From Ranitomeya imitator (taxonomy: Eukaryota): a stretch of 64,000 nt of DNA. Below, piece after piece: positions 1-11,135 of the stretch. The stretch covers positions 134,168,001 through 134,232,000 of the forward strand of contig NC_091291.1 of NCBI RefSeq assembly GCF_032444005.1, in the 5' to 3' direction. The notes below the pieces were generated by a model, which saw nothing but the letters and a program-made list of their open reading frames with translations, did not search any database and was not told where the DNA came from. A program made the position numbers and the translations under genes. How positions within the stretch are numbered: position 1 is the first letter of the stretch; the number at the start of each line of letters is the position of its first letter.

Positions 1-1173
1 TTCTATTTTATTATTATTTATTGTTATTTATTATTACTTTATTTTTTGTTTCATTCTGTAGTGAGGAGCGTCTCTGAGGAATTCGGCGTTACCCAAATAC
101 AGGTTTCAGACATCCACATCTAAAAAAAACATTTGTAAAAAAAGAAATGGCACGACAGGTGACGCTGCATTTTTTTTTTTCTATAGTTCTTGATACTTTT
201 TTGGCATCGCATTTTTTTAATGTTTTTTATTGTGGCTATTGATAGTTTTTTGTGCTTTATCCTGTATTTTTTAGTGATTTTTTTCCACCTTTTTTTACCA
301 TGGTTTCCGATGCAGTTTTTAGCGCTGGGTTTCGACGAGTTTTTAGCACTTTTTGAAGCAGTTTTTTTTTATTGTGGCTTTCTATGAATTTCACACATTT
401 TTAGCTCGGGTTACGAAGGAAAATCTTCACTGAAAATTTAAGCATCAAAACCCCACGGTAAGAACTGACGTTAAGGCTATGTGCACACATTCATGTTTTT
501 TCGGGGTTTTTTTTTTTTTGCTATAAAACCGCATACATTAAGCATCCTATTATTAGAATGCAATCTGAAAATTTTTGTGTTGCGTTTTTTTTCCTGCGGC
601 GGAATCAAATTCCGGAAAATGCGCAGCATGTTCATTCTTTGTGCGGAATGGCGGGGATTCCGCACACATAGGAATGCATTGATCCGCTTACTTCCCACAT
701 GTGGCTATGCCCACCATGCGGGAAGTAAGCAGATCATGTGCGGATGGTACACGGGGGGAGAAGCGGAGACTATCCTCCTCCAGGCCTCGGAAACCATATA
801 ATTGTTAAAAAAAAGGAATTAAAATAAAAAATCATGATATTCTCACCTTCCGGCGTCCCCGGCAGCCTTCCCGCTCCTCGCGATGCTCCCGTTCCCAGCA
901 ATGACGTAGCGGTCTCGCGTGATGCGACGTCTTCTGGGGTCATTGCCACGAGGCATCACTGGGAGTATCAGGAGGAGCGGGAAGGCTGCGGGGGCCGCCG
1001 GAAGGTGAGAACATCACGATTTATTTTTTTAATTATTATTTCTAACATTAGATCCTTTCACTATTGATGCTGCCTAGGCACCATCAATAGTAAAAAGTTG
1101 GTCACACTTGTCAAACACACGTGTGACCAACCTGTCAATCAGTTTTCCAGGCGATGCTACAGATCGCTTATAA

Positions 1174-1583
1174 GGCTACTTTCGCACTAGCGTCGGAATC
1201 TCCCCGTCGCATTGCGTCGGGCCGAGATTCCGACGCTAGCGTTTGATGCGCCGCACAACGGGTGCACGGATGCATTTCTCCGGCGCATCCGCTGCCCCAT
1301 TGTGAGGTGCGGGGAGGTGGGGGCGGGGTTCCGGCCGCGCATGCGCGGTCGGAAAAAGCGGTCCGTCGGCAGCAAAAAAAACGTTACAGTTAACGTTTTT
1401 TGCCCCCGGTGGTCTGCTACAACACAGCGCAACCGTCGCACAACGACGTGTGACAATACGTCGGTAATGTTACTCTATGGGGCAATAAACGCATCCTGCA
1501 AACAACTTTGCAGGATGCGTTTATTCCCCTAAACGACGCATTGCGACATATTAAAAAAAAAAAACGCCAGCGTGAAGGTAGCC
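1174..1583. mobile_element. PIF/Harbinger-type MITE
   Basis: TIRs GGCTACTTTCGCACTAGCGT ... ACGCCAGCGTGAAGGTAGCC, flanked by TAA (1171-1173) and TAA (1584-1586). Confidence 0.75.
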
Positions 1584-1586
1584 TAA

Positions 1587-1974
1587 GGGTATGTGTCCAC
1601 TTTCAGGATGGCCGGCGGTATCGTCGGAGCCGCAAACCCGCTCTGCGGTAAGCCCCGCCCCATTTCTGGGACGCGATGATGCCGGATGTGTTCACAGCAC
1701 ACATCCGGGATCATCGCTCCCCACCATAGGGCCCTGTGCTATATCTTGCGGCGACGCAGCGTCGCCGCAAGATATACGGACATGCTGCGATCTGAAAAGA
1801 CGCGCAGCATGTCCGGAGTCGCAGGGCCGCCGCGTGCGTGTTACCACGCATAGTGGAGACGGGATTTCATTAAATCCCCTCCACTATGCTGTAACATCTG
1901 GACGCTGCGTGTCTGATGCTGCGGCTCTATGCAGCGTCAGACACGCAGCGTTTCCTGCACGTGGACACATACCC
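1587..1974. mobile_element. PIF/Harbinger-type MITE
   Basis: TIRs GGGTATGTGTCCAC ... GTGGACACATACCC with TAA on both sides; the left TAA is shared with the preceding MITE. Confidence 0.75.
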
Positions 1975-2262
1975 TAAAACGCTAGTTTAGTGGGAATACG
2001 CATGCCTTTCCGCATGCGATCTACCCGCGGCGGGAGTTGCCGCGGAAATTCTGCAAAGTGTACAAAAAAAAAAAAAAAAACGCATTTAGAACCGTGGGTG
2101 GGGTGCGGAAATTACCGCGCTCTCCGTGCGGAAGGTGTCGCTGTACCGCAGCCGCTCCCGACCCCAGGACACAACTTTCCCCCAGTGGAGCAGAACAGGA
2201 GCAGAACAGGTGCAGAGGCGACACGGAGCCGCCGCAGCTCCTCCGCGTCCGGTGCTACTTAC

Positions 2263-2324
2263 TGCGGCCACACGAGCTTCCCCCCGCCGCCGCCGCCGCC
2301 GCCGGTGCTGCCGCTGTTCCCCAT
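2263..2324 (-). CDS. Probable first coding exon of a minus-strand gene running out of the window (C11orf52-like by synteny; MGNSGSTGGGGGGGGKLVWP)
   Basis: CpG-rich region. ATG in strong context (gggATGG) and consensus donor CA|GTAAGT at 2262-2261 (phase 2). MGxxxS myristoylation-type start; human C11orf52 also starts MGN and lies on this side of CRYAB. No further exon recognised. Confidence 0.4.
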
Positions 2325-2439
2325 CCCGTCCCGGACTCCTCCATGGAGCGCGGCGGCTTCCTGGTCTGCGCTGCGCCCGGCACGGAACCAGTGGGCGGAG
2401 CCCGGCAGGTGGATGGAGGCGGGGATAGGCAAATACCCC

Positions 2440-2620
2440 ACGCTGTGACCGAGAGGAGGGCGGATCCTGACTGGCGGCCGTGGGCGGGGATATGCAAAAA
2501 TTATCTAGACTTAGAACTTAGCTGGAGAAAGGTCAGGGCGGGGACATGCAAATGAGCTACATCAAACAGCAATCTGATCGCGATTAGGGCGGGGCCAAAG
2601 TCTTCTATGCAAATAGCACA
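2440..2620 (-). promoter_or_regulatory. CpG/GC-box promoter with octamer motifs
   Basis: GGGCGG(GG) boxes near 2458, 2482, 2536, 2587. ATGCAAAT at 2546-2553 and 2607-2614; ATGCAAAA at 2492-2499. Lies directly upstream of the minus-strand exon. Confidence 0.55.
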
Positions 2621-3287
2621 TTCATCTTTAACCCCTTGAGATCATCTTTAAAACTTATTTTTTCAATGCTGTCTTCTTATTGGAGAAGGCAGATTTTTAT
2701 TTTTTTCTATTGTTTTATGTCCATTTATTGAGCTGAATTTTTTATTATTGATATAAACTATTAATTCATGTTTTATTAATATTTGCATTAATTTTAATTT
2801 CACTTTTTTTTATTGATTTGAATTAATTTGATTTTGATCTCTTTTTTGGGGGGGGGGGATTCTGGTGAACATTGAGCGTCTTAATTTTTTAATTATAATT
2901 AATATTTAATTTATTTTAATATTTCGTTAATTATTTTCACTACTTTTGTATTATTATTATTTTAATTTTATTATTATATTTCATTTAATTTACTCTTTTT
3001 ATGGCCCCATTCTGGGGAACATTGAGCTTATTAATTAGTATCATTATTAATATTAATTAGTAATAACTGATTTTTAGTAACATTTGTATGAAAATTAATG
3101 CTAGTTTAATTACACTATTTTATTTTGTTTTACTAATTTATTAATTTTACTTTATTATTCATTATATTTATTCCAATTGACTTTTTATTTTGGCGGGGGC
3201 GGAAATATTGAGCTTATTAATTAGTGTTTATTAACTTATGAACCAAGTGTGTAGATAGATAGATAAATGTGTGTCTCACTGACATAT

Positions 3288-3293
3288 TATATA

Positions 3294-3354
<61 letters not shown>
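3288..3354. repeat. (TA)n microsatellite
   Basis: Direct reading; abuts the left end of the Tc1 element. Confidence 0.95.
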
Positions 3355-3356
<2 letters not shown>

Positions 3357-3359
<3 letters not shown>

Positions 3360-5674
3360 TATTCAAAAAAAATAAAGGGAACACTTAAACAACAGAATAT
3401 AACTCAAAGTAAATCAAACTGTCCACTTAGGAAGCAACACTGACTGACAATCAATTTCACATGCTGTTGTGCAAATGGAATAGACAACAGATGGAAATTA
3501 TTGGCAATTATCAAGACACCCTCAATAAAGGAGTGATTCTGCAGGTGGGGACCACAGACCACATCTCAGTACCAATGCTTTCTGGCAGATGTTTTGGTCA
3601 CTTTTGAATGTTGGTTGTGCTTTCACACTAATGGTAGCATGAGATGGACTCTACAACCCACAGAAGTGGCTCAGGTAGTGCAGCTCATCCAGGATGGCAC
3701 ATCAATGTGAGCTGTGGCAAGAAGGTTTGCTGTGTCTATCAGCACAGTGTCCAGAGGCTGGAGGTGCTACCAGGAGACAGGCCAGTACACCAGGAGACGT
3801 GGAGGGGGCCGTAGGAGGGCAACAACCCAGCAGCAGGACCGCTACCTCAGCCTTTGTGCAAGGAGGAACAGGAGGAGCACTGCCAGAGCCCTTCAAAATT
3901 ACCTCCAGCAGGCCACAAATGTGCATGTGTCTGCACAAACAGAAACCGACTCCATGAGGATGGTCTGGGTGTCCGACATCCACAGAGGGGGTTGTGCTCA
4001 CAGCTAGGGCCGGCTCCAGGTTTTTGAGGGCCCGGGCAAAAGAGTCTCAGTGGGCCCCCCTTTAACACATACCACGATTCATGATCACATATAAACACAG
4101 CCATGTAGTATAACACAGCCCACGTAGTATATAACACAGCCACGTAGCATATAACACAGCCATGTAGTATATAACAGCCCACGTAGCATATAACACAGCC
4201 CACATAGCATTTAACAGCCCATATAGTATATAGCACAGCCACATAGTATATAACACGGCCCACGTAGTTTATAGAACAGCCATGTAGTTTATAGCACAGA
4301 CATGTAGTATACAGCACAGCCCCCCCCCCCTCATCCGCAAGAATGGCCCCATAGTCCAGTACTCACTGTTAGTTACAGAAAAAAAAAACACTCCTCACCT
4401 CTCAACGTTTCCACGCCGCACTGCTCCCTCCCTGCTCTGGTCTCGGAGGCAGAGTGGGGAATGATGGGAGAGGGAGTGTCTGGTGACGCTCTCTCCTCCA
4501 TCATTTGCTTTGAACTTTACCGGCAGACGCCGGTAAAGTTCAAAGCGGCGGCGGGGGAGTTGGCGCTTGCGACAGGCGGGCCCCCTGCCTCACAGGGGCC
4601 CCATAGCAGCTGCGTGATGTGCCGTTAGCTGAAGGCCCCTTGGGGAGCGGGGGCGCTAGGCACTGGCAGCTGCCTGCCCCTAACGCCGGCCCTAAATGGG
4701 CCCCCCTGTCTCGCCAGGGCCCCGGCACTTGCCCGGGTACGCCAGATGCTGACGCCGACCCTGCCCACAGCCCAACACCGTGCAGGACGCTTGGCATTTG
4801 CCACAGAACACCAGGATTGGCAAATTCGCCACTGGCGCCCTGTGCTCTTCACAGGTGAAAGCAGGTTCACACTGAGCACATGTGACAAAGTCTGGAGATG
4901 CCGTGGATAGTGATCTGCTGCCTGCAACATCCTTCAGCATGACCGGTTTGGCAGTGGGTCAGTAATGGTGTGGGGTGGCATTTCTTTGGAGGGCCGCACA
5001 GCCCTCTATGTGCTCGCCGGAGGTAGCCTGGCTGCCATTAGGTACCAAGATGAGATCCTCAGACCCCTCGTGAGACCATATGCTGGTGCGGATGGCCCTG
5101 GGTTCCTCCTAATGCAGGACAATGCCAGACCTCATGTGGCTGGACTGTGTCAGCAGTTCCTGCAAGATGAAGGCATTGAAGCTATGGACTGGCCGCCCGT
5201 TCCCCAGACCTGAATCCGATTGAACACATCTGGGACATCATGTCACGCTCCATCCACCAACATCATGTTGCACCACAGACTGTCCAGGAGTTGGCAGATG
5301 CTTTAGTCCATGTCTGGGAGGAGATCCCTCAGGAGACCATCCACCGCCTCATCAGGAGCATGCCCAGGCATTGTAGGGAGGTCATACAGGCACGTGGAGG
5401 CCACACACACTACTGAGCATCATTTCCTTGTCTTGAGGCATTTCCACTGAAGTTGGATCAGCCTGTAATATGATTTTCCACATTGATTTTGAGCATCATT
5501 CCAACTCCAGACCTCCATGGGATATTCACTTTGATTTACATTGATAATTGTTAGGTTTTATTGTTCTGAACACATTCCACTATGCAATGAATACAAATTT
5601 GCAACTGGAATAATTTCATTCAGAGATATCTAGGATGTGGTATTTTAGTGTTCCCTTTATTTTTTTGAGCAGTG
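3357..5674 (+). mobile_element. Decayed Tc1/mariner DNA transposon interrupted by a hAT-type insertion
   Basis: TIRs CACT(A/G)(T/C)TCAAAAAAA(A)TAAAGGGAACACT at both ends, right end followed by TA. Transposase fragments: [14 protein letters not shown]..., RPVLFTGESRF (first catalytic D changed to G), MVWGGISLEGRT...LMQDNARPH. Frameshifts present. Confidence 0.9.
4005..4763. mobile_element. Non-autonomous hAT-type element nested in Tc1
   Basis: Ends (T/C)AGGGCCGGC ... GCCGACCCTG; 8-bp TSD CTCACAGC / CCCACAGC (7/8). The Tc1 reading (VLTAQHRAGRLAF) resumes across it. Internal ~20-bp TAGTATATAACACAGCCCACG repeat. Confidence 0.75.
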
Positions 5675-5874
5675 TATTTATTATCTATGTAGCTTTTTTT
5701 ATATGTGGTTGGTCTTTTTTTCACTTTACTATTTAGTTCATAGTGAAAGCAGTAAAGTGAAAATCAATTAAAAAGAATTAACAAAAATATTTCAAAAAGT
5801 TGATATAGTGCCCGACGGCAGGCTTGTGCACAGTAACCTACAGACACTGTCAGATAGAAGACAACCCCCCCCCC

Positions 5875-5876
<2 letters not shown>

Positions 5877-5936
<60 letters not shown>
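5877..5936. repeat. (CA)n microsatellite
   Basis: Direct reading. Confidence 0.95.
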
Positions 5937-5939
<3 letters not shown>

Positions 5940-6540
5940 CCGGGGCACGAGCATATCATTAACACAAAACTGAAAATAAAGATTAAACAAGAACCACAAG
6001 ACGGATTTCATCACCAGGTGTCATTGTAATCAGTATAACGGCGCCGACCTGACACTGCCTGTAGTCACTGCGCACAATCCCGCTGACAGGGGCACTTTAA
6101 AGAACCGAAGCATAAATGCTGCGTTATTTCTGCCGCATTTTTTTTTTTTTATTTTTGCTGATGTGTTAAACAGATTGAGTGGATGTGATTTCCTGATAGC
6201 TCCTGGCAGCTGTGCGTTTAATGACGCTGAAAAGATTTGCGTTATTTTGCCGCTTTTTTGTCCTAATTGGGAGACTAAAAAAAAATGCAGGTTTTTATTA
6301 GGTGCAGAAACAAAGCTTTTCTGTACTAACAAAAGAACATTAAACATTGCTGCTTAAAATCGGCACCAAAAAGGCATCGAATAAAGGGGAAAACGCAGAA
6401 AACAGCTGCAAAAATGCAACAATCAGAGGAAATCACCAGTGTTTGGTGCCGACACCTGGAGACAAAATGCAGCTTTCATTTGTTGCGCTGCTCTGGTAAA
6501 ATAAATGCCGCGCCGTGATTCATTGCGCTAATAGAATGAA

Positions 6541-6860
6541 AGTGATTGGTTGTTCTGATATAAAGAAAGCTGTGCTGGGATTGGTCTCTGTGATAAAATT
6601 AACGCCTTCCCGTGATTGGTTGTTGTGATAACATGAAAGCTGTACTGTGATTGGTTGTGGTAGTAAAATGAAAGCTGACCTGTCATTGGTTGCTGTGGTA
6701 AAATGAAAGCTGTACTGTGATTGGTTTAACATAAAAACTGCACTGTGATTGGTTGCTGTGGTAAAATGAAAGCTGTACTGTGATTGGTTGATGTGAGAAA
6801 ATGAAATCTGCACTGTGATTGGTTGTGGTGGTAAAATGTAAGTTGCACTGTGATTGGTTG
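6541..6860. repeat. ~35-bp tandem repeat, each unit carrying an inverted CCAAT box
   Basis: Unit approx GTGATTGGTTG(T/C)TGTGGTAAAATGAAAGCTGTACT; about 10 ATTGG occurrences. Confidence 0.85.
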
Positions 6861-7433
6861 AAGACTGTGCTGTGATTTAGTTTAATCTTTGCAGGATGCT
6901 GCCAGACCCCGTAATGTTGGTGTTGGAAAATGTGGTGTCTGTCCCTGTGGGGTGCGCCTCACGCAGTGGTGTGAATGGCGCCCTACGGAAGCCTGCGTGC
7001 TCCAACTACCAGGCGACCACTCGTAATGTGGGGGGATGGTATACGGATGCTTTATCAGTATTTTGCACTGTGCTGCCTCTGCATTTGGGGCTGCTGCATC
7101 CTGGACCCAGACCTCAGGTAAAGCGGATACATCTGCCCCATTATGTTATGTGTTTACCCAGAAACTGCATCGGGTAATAAATGCCTAATAACGGACACCA
7201 ATAAATCAGGACTCGGCCCTTTATGAGAAGTGATAAAGACACTTGGAGAATCAGCGCGGAGTGTTAGGTATTTATGTGTCCATATAGCCAGTGAGCCACC
7301 TTGCTGACTGTTTCCTCCTACAGCTCCATGGTTTCTGGTCTTGGGGATATAACAGGATGCTGGTGACCTCTAGTGGCAATAAATCAGCACAACAAGATTG
7401 TAAAAAAACGCATACTATGTTTTGTACTTACAT

Positions 7434-8034
7434 ACATAGTAACATAGTTAGTAAGGCCGAAAAAAGACATTTGTCCATCCAGTTCAGCCTATATTCCATC
7501 ATAATAAATCCCCAGATCTACGTCCTTCTACAGAACCTAATAATTGTATGATACAATATTGTTCTGCTCCAGGAAGACATCCAGGCCTCTCTTGAACCCC
7601 TCGACTGAGTTCGCCATCACCACCTCCTCAGGCAAGCAATTCCAGATTCTCACTGCCCTAACAGTAAAGAATCCTCTTCTATGTTGGTGGAAAAACCTTC
7701 TCTCCTCCAGACGCAAAGAATGCCCCCTTGTGCCCGTCACCTTCCTTGGTATAAACAGATCCTCAGCGAGATATTTGTATTGTCCCCTTATATACTTATA
7801 CATGGTTATTAGATCGCCCCTCAGTCGTCTTTTTTCTAGACTAAATAATCCTAATTTCGCTAATCTATCTGGGTATTGTAGTTCTCCCATCCCCTTTATT
7901 AATTTTGTTGCCCTCCTTTGTACTCTCTCTAGTTCCATTATATCCTTCCTGAGCACCGGTGCCCAAAACTGGACACAGTACTCCATGTGCGGTCTAACTA
8001 GGGATTTGTACAGAGGCAGTATAATGCTCTCATC
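7434..8034 (-). mobile_element. CR1-type LINE, 5'-truncated 3' end
   Basis: ORF 7537-7986 (YCVQFWAP..LERVQRRATKLI..LFSLEKRRLRGDLI..TRGHSLRL..FFTVRAVRIWNCLP) is a typical CR1 ORF2 C-terminus. Tail of (TTACTATG)-like repeats at the left end. Confidence 0.92.
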
Positions 8035-8354
8035 ATCTACTTGGTGCAGTTATTACACACTGATTTCTGAGCTGAAATCTGCCGCAGTTCTTCACACTTA
8101 TTCATTTGTTTTTACGTGCATTTTTGATAAGGAAACGCTCCAAAAAAAATCAACAGCACAACTCCAGGCCAGGGTGTTAATCTGTATATTTACGCTCCCC
8201 ATTGAAATGAATGGGTAAAATCTGAAACAAAAATGTGCACTACTGCAACAAGAGTCGCCATGCTGCAGATCTTTTAAAAAAGCAACAAAATATTATTTCC
8301 ATGCAGATTCTGTGCACGCACACACAAAGCAGCGCAGCATGTTACTGAGATCAC

Positions 8355-11135
8355 ACAGTCCTTCTGCACAGTCCTGTATTTCCACCTTCTGCACCCTCCT
8401 GTATTTCCGTCTTCCGTACAGTCCTGTATTTCCGCCTTCCGTACAGTCCTGTATTTCCGCCTTCCGTACAGTCCTGTATTTCCGCCTTCCGTACAGTCCT
8501 GTATTTCCGCCTTCCGTACAGTCCTGTATTTCCGCCTTCCGTACAGTCCTGTATTTGCACCTTCCGCACAGTCCTGTATTTGCACCTTCCGTACAGTCCT
8601 GTATTTCCGCCTTCCGTACAGTCCTCTATTTCCGCCTTCTGTACAGTCCTGTATTTCTGCCTTCCGCACAGTCCAGTATTTGCACCTTCTGCATAGTCCT
8701 GTATTTCTGCCTTCTGCACCCTCCTGTATTTGCACCTTCCGCACAGTCCTGTATTTCCACCTTCCGCACAGTCCTGTATTTCTGCCTTCCGCACAGTCCT
8801 GTATTTCCGCCTTCCGTACAGTCCTGTATTTGCACCTTCCGCACAGTCCTGTATTTCCGCCTTCTGTACAGTCCTGTATTTGCACCTTCCGCACAGTCCT
8901 GTATTTCCGCCTTCCGTACAGTCCTGTATTTGCACCTTCCGTACAGTCCTGTATTTCCGCCTTCCGTACAGTCCTCTATTTCCGCCTTCTGTACAGTCCT
9001 GTATTTCTGCCTTCCACACAGTCCAGTATTTGCACCTTCTGCATAGTCCTGTATTTCTGCCTTCTGCACCCTCCTGTATTTCCACCTTCCACACAGTCCT
9101 GTATTTCCGCCTTCTGCACAGTCCTGTATTTCTGCCTTCCGCAGTCCTGTATTTCCGCCTTCCGCACAGTCCTATATTTCCGCCTTCCGTACATGTTGTG
9201 AATTCTGTGGCAGAGCTCCCTCCTGTGGTCACAAGGGGTACTTCAGCTGATTCTCTCTGGGAGCTTCCGTTTGTGGAGGAAACTGGTACTGCTGCTTCTG
9301 AGTTTCCTTCCTCAGGTGATCTGGTGAGGTCGTTAGGTGCTTCTCTACTTAACCCCACCTAATGCTTTGATTCATGCTTCCTGTCAATGTTCCAGTGTTG
9401 GACTTGTGTTTCTCTGGATCATTCCTGTGGCCTGCTGCTCTGCATAGCTAAGTGCTTCTTTGCTATTTGTTGCTATTTTTTCAGTCCAGCTTGTCTATTT
9501 GTTTTGCTGGAAGCTCTGGGACGCAAAGGGTGTACCTCCGTGCCGTTAGTTCGGTACGGAGGGTCTTTTTGCCCCTTTGCGTGGTTTTCTTTAGGGTTTT
9601 GTGTAGACCGCAAAGTTATCTTTCCCATCCTCGTTCTGTCTAGAATATCGGGCCTCACTTTGCTGAATCTATTTCATCCCTACGTTTGTCTTTTCATCTT
9701 ACTCACAGTCATTATATGTGGGGGGCTGCCTTTTCCTTTGGGGTATTTCTCTGAGGCAAGGTAGGCTTATTTTTTCTATCTTCAGGCTAGTTAGTTTCTC
9801 AGGCTGTGCCGAGTTGCATAGGGAGCGTTAGGCGCAATCCACGGCTGCCTCTAGTTGTGTTTGGAGAGGATCAGGAATTGCGGTCTGCAGAGTTCCCACG
9901 TCTCAGAGCTCGTTCTATTATTTTGGGTTATTGTCAGATCACTGTATGTGCTCTGACCTCCATGTCCATTGTGATACTGAATTGCCTTTCATAACACGTA
10001 CAGTCCTGTATTTCCACCTTCCACACAGTCCTGTATTTCCGCCTTCCGTACAGTCCTGTATTTGCACCTTCCGTACAGTCCTGTATTTCCGCCTTCCGTA
10101 CAGTCTTGTATTTGCACCTTCCGCACAGTCCTGTATTTCCGCCTTCCGTACAGTCCTGTATTTGCACCTTCCGCACAGTCCTGTATTTCCGCCTTCCGTA
10201 CAGTCCTGTATTTGCGCCTTCCGTACAGTCCTGTATTTGCACCTTCCGCACAGTCCTGTATTTCCGCCTTCCGTACAGTCCTGTATTTCCGCCTTCCGTA
10301 CAGTCCTGTATTTGCACCTTCCGCACAGTCCTGTATTTCCGCCTTCCGTACAGTCCTGTATTTGCGCCTTCCGTACAGTCCTGTATTTCCACCTTCCGCA
10401 CAGTCATGTATTTGCACCTTCCGCACAGTCATGTATTTCTGCCTTCCGCACAGTCCTGTATTTCCGCCTTCCGCACAGTCCTGTATTTGCACCTTCCGCA
10501 CCTTCCTGTATTTGCACCTTCCGCACAGTCCTGTATTTCCGCCTTCTGTACAGTCCTGTATTTCCACATTCCGCACAGTCATGTATTTGCACCTTCCACA
10601 CAGTCATGTATTTCTGCCTTCCGCACAGTCCTGTATTTCCACCTTCCGCACAGTCCTGTATTTGCACCTTCCGCACCTTCCTGTATTTCCACCTTCCGCA
10701 CAGTCCTGTATTTGCACCTTCCTGTATTTGCACCTTCCGCACAGTCCTGTATTTCAGCCTTCTGTACAGTGCTGTATTTGCGCCTTCCGTACAGTCCTGT
10801 ATTTGCACCTTCCTGTATTTCCACCTTCCGCACAGTCCTGTATTTCCGCCTTCCGTACAGTCCTGTATTTGCACCTTCCGTACAGTCCTGTATTTCCGCC
10901 TTCCGTACAGTCCTGTATTTGCACCTTCCGTACAGTCCTGTATTTCCGCCTTCCGTACAGTCCTGTATTTGCACCTTCCGCACCTTCCTGTATTTCCACC
11001 TTCCGCACAGTCCTGTATTTCCGCCTTCCGTACAGTCCTGTATTTCCACCTTCCGTACAGTCCTGTATTTCCGCCTTCCGTACAGTCCTGTATTTGCACC
11101 TTCTGCACAGTCCTGTGTTTCCGCCTTCTGCACAT
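8355..11135. repeat. 25-bp minisatellite array split by a solo LTR
   Basis: Unit CCGCCTTCCGTACAGTCCTGTATTT, period 25 (8401/8426/8451). Confidence 0.95.
9194..9996 (+). mobile_element. Solo LTR (orientation arbitrary)
   Basis: TGTTGTGAATTCTGTGG ... CCTTTCATAACA, 803 bp, 6-bp TSD CGTACA. Homologous inverted copy at 58915-59694. Confidence 0.85.

Larger units (their letters stand above)
475..2063. mobile_element. Harbinger-type MITE (host of two nested MITEs), right end degraded
   Basis: Starts TAA|GGCTATGTGCACAC, the same terminus as MITEs at 29477. Internal inverted repeat 831-879 / 972-1020. Sequence appears to resume after the TAA at 1975-1977; right TIR not clearly intact. Confidence 0.45.
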
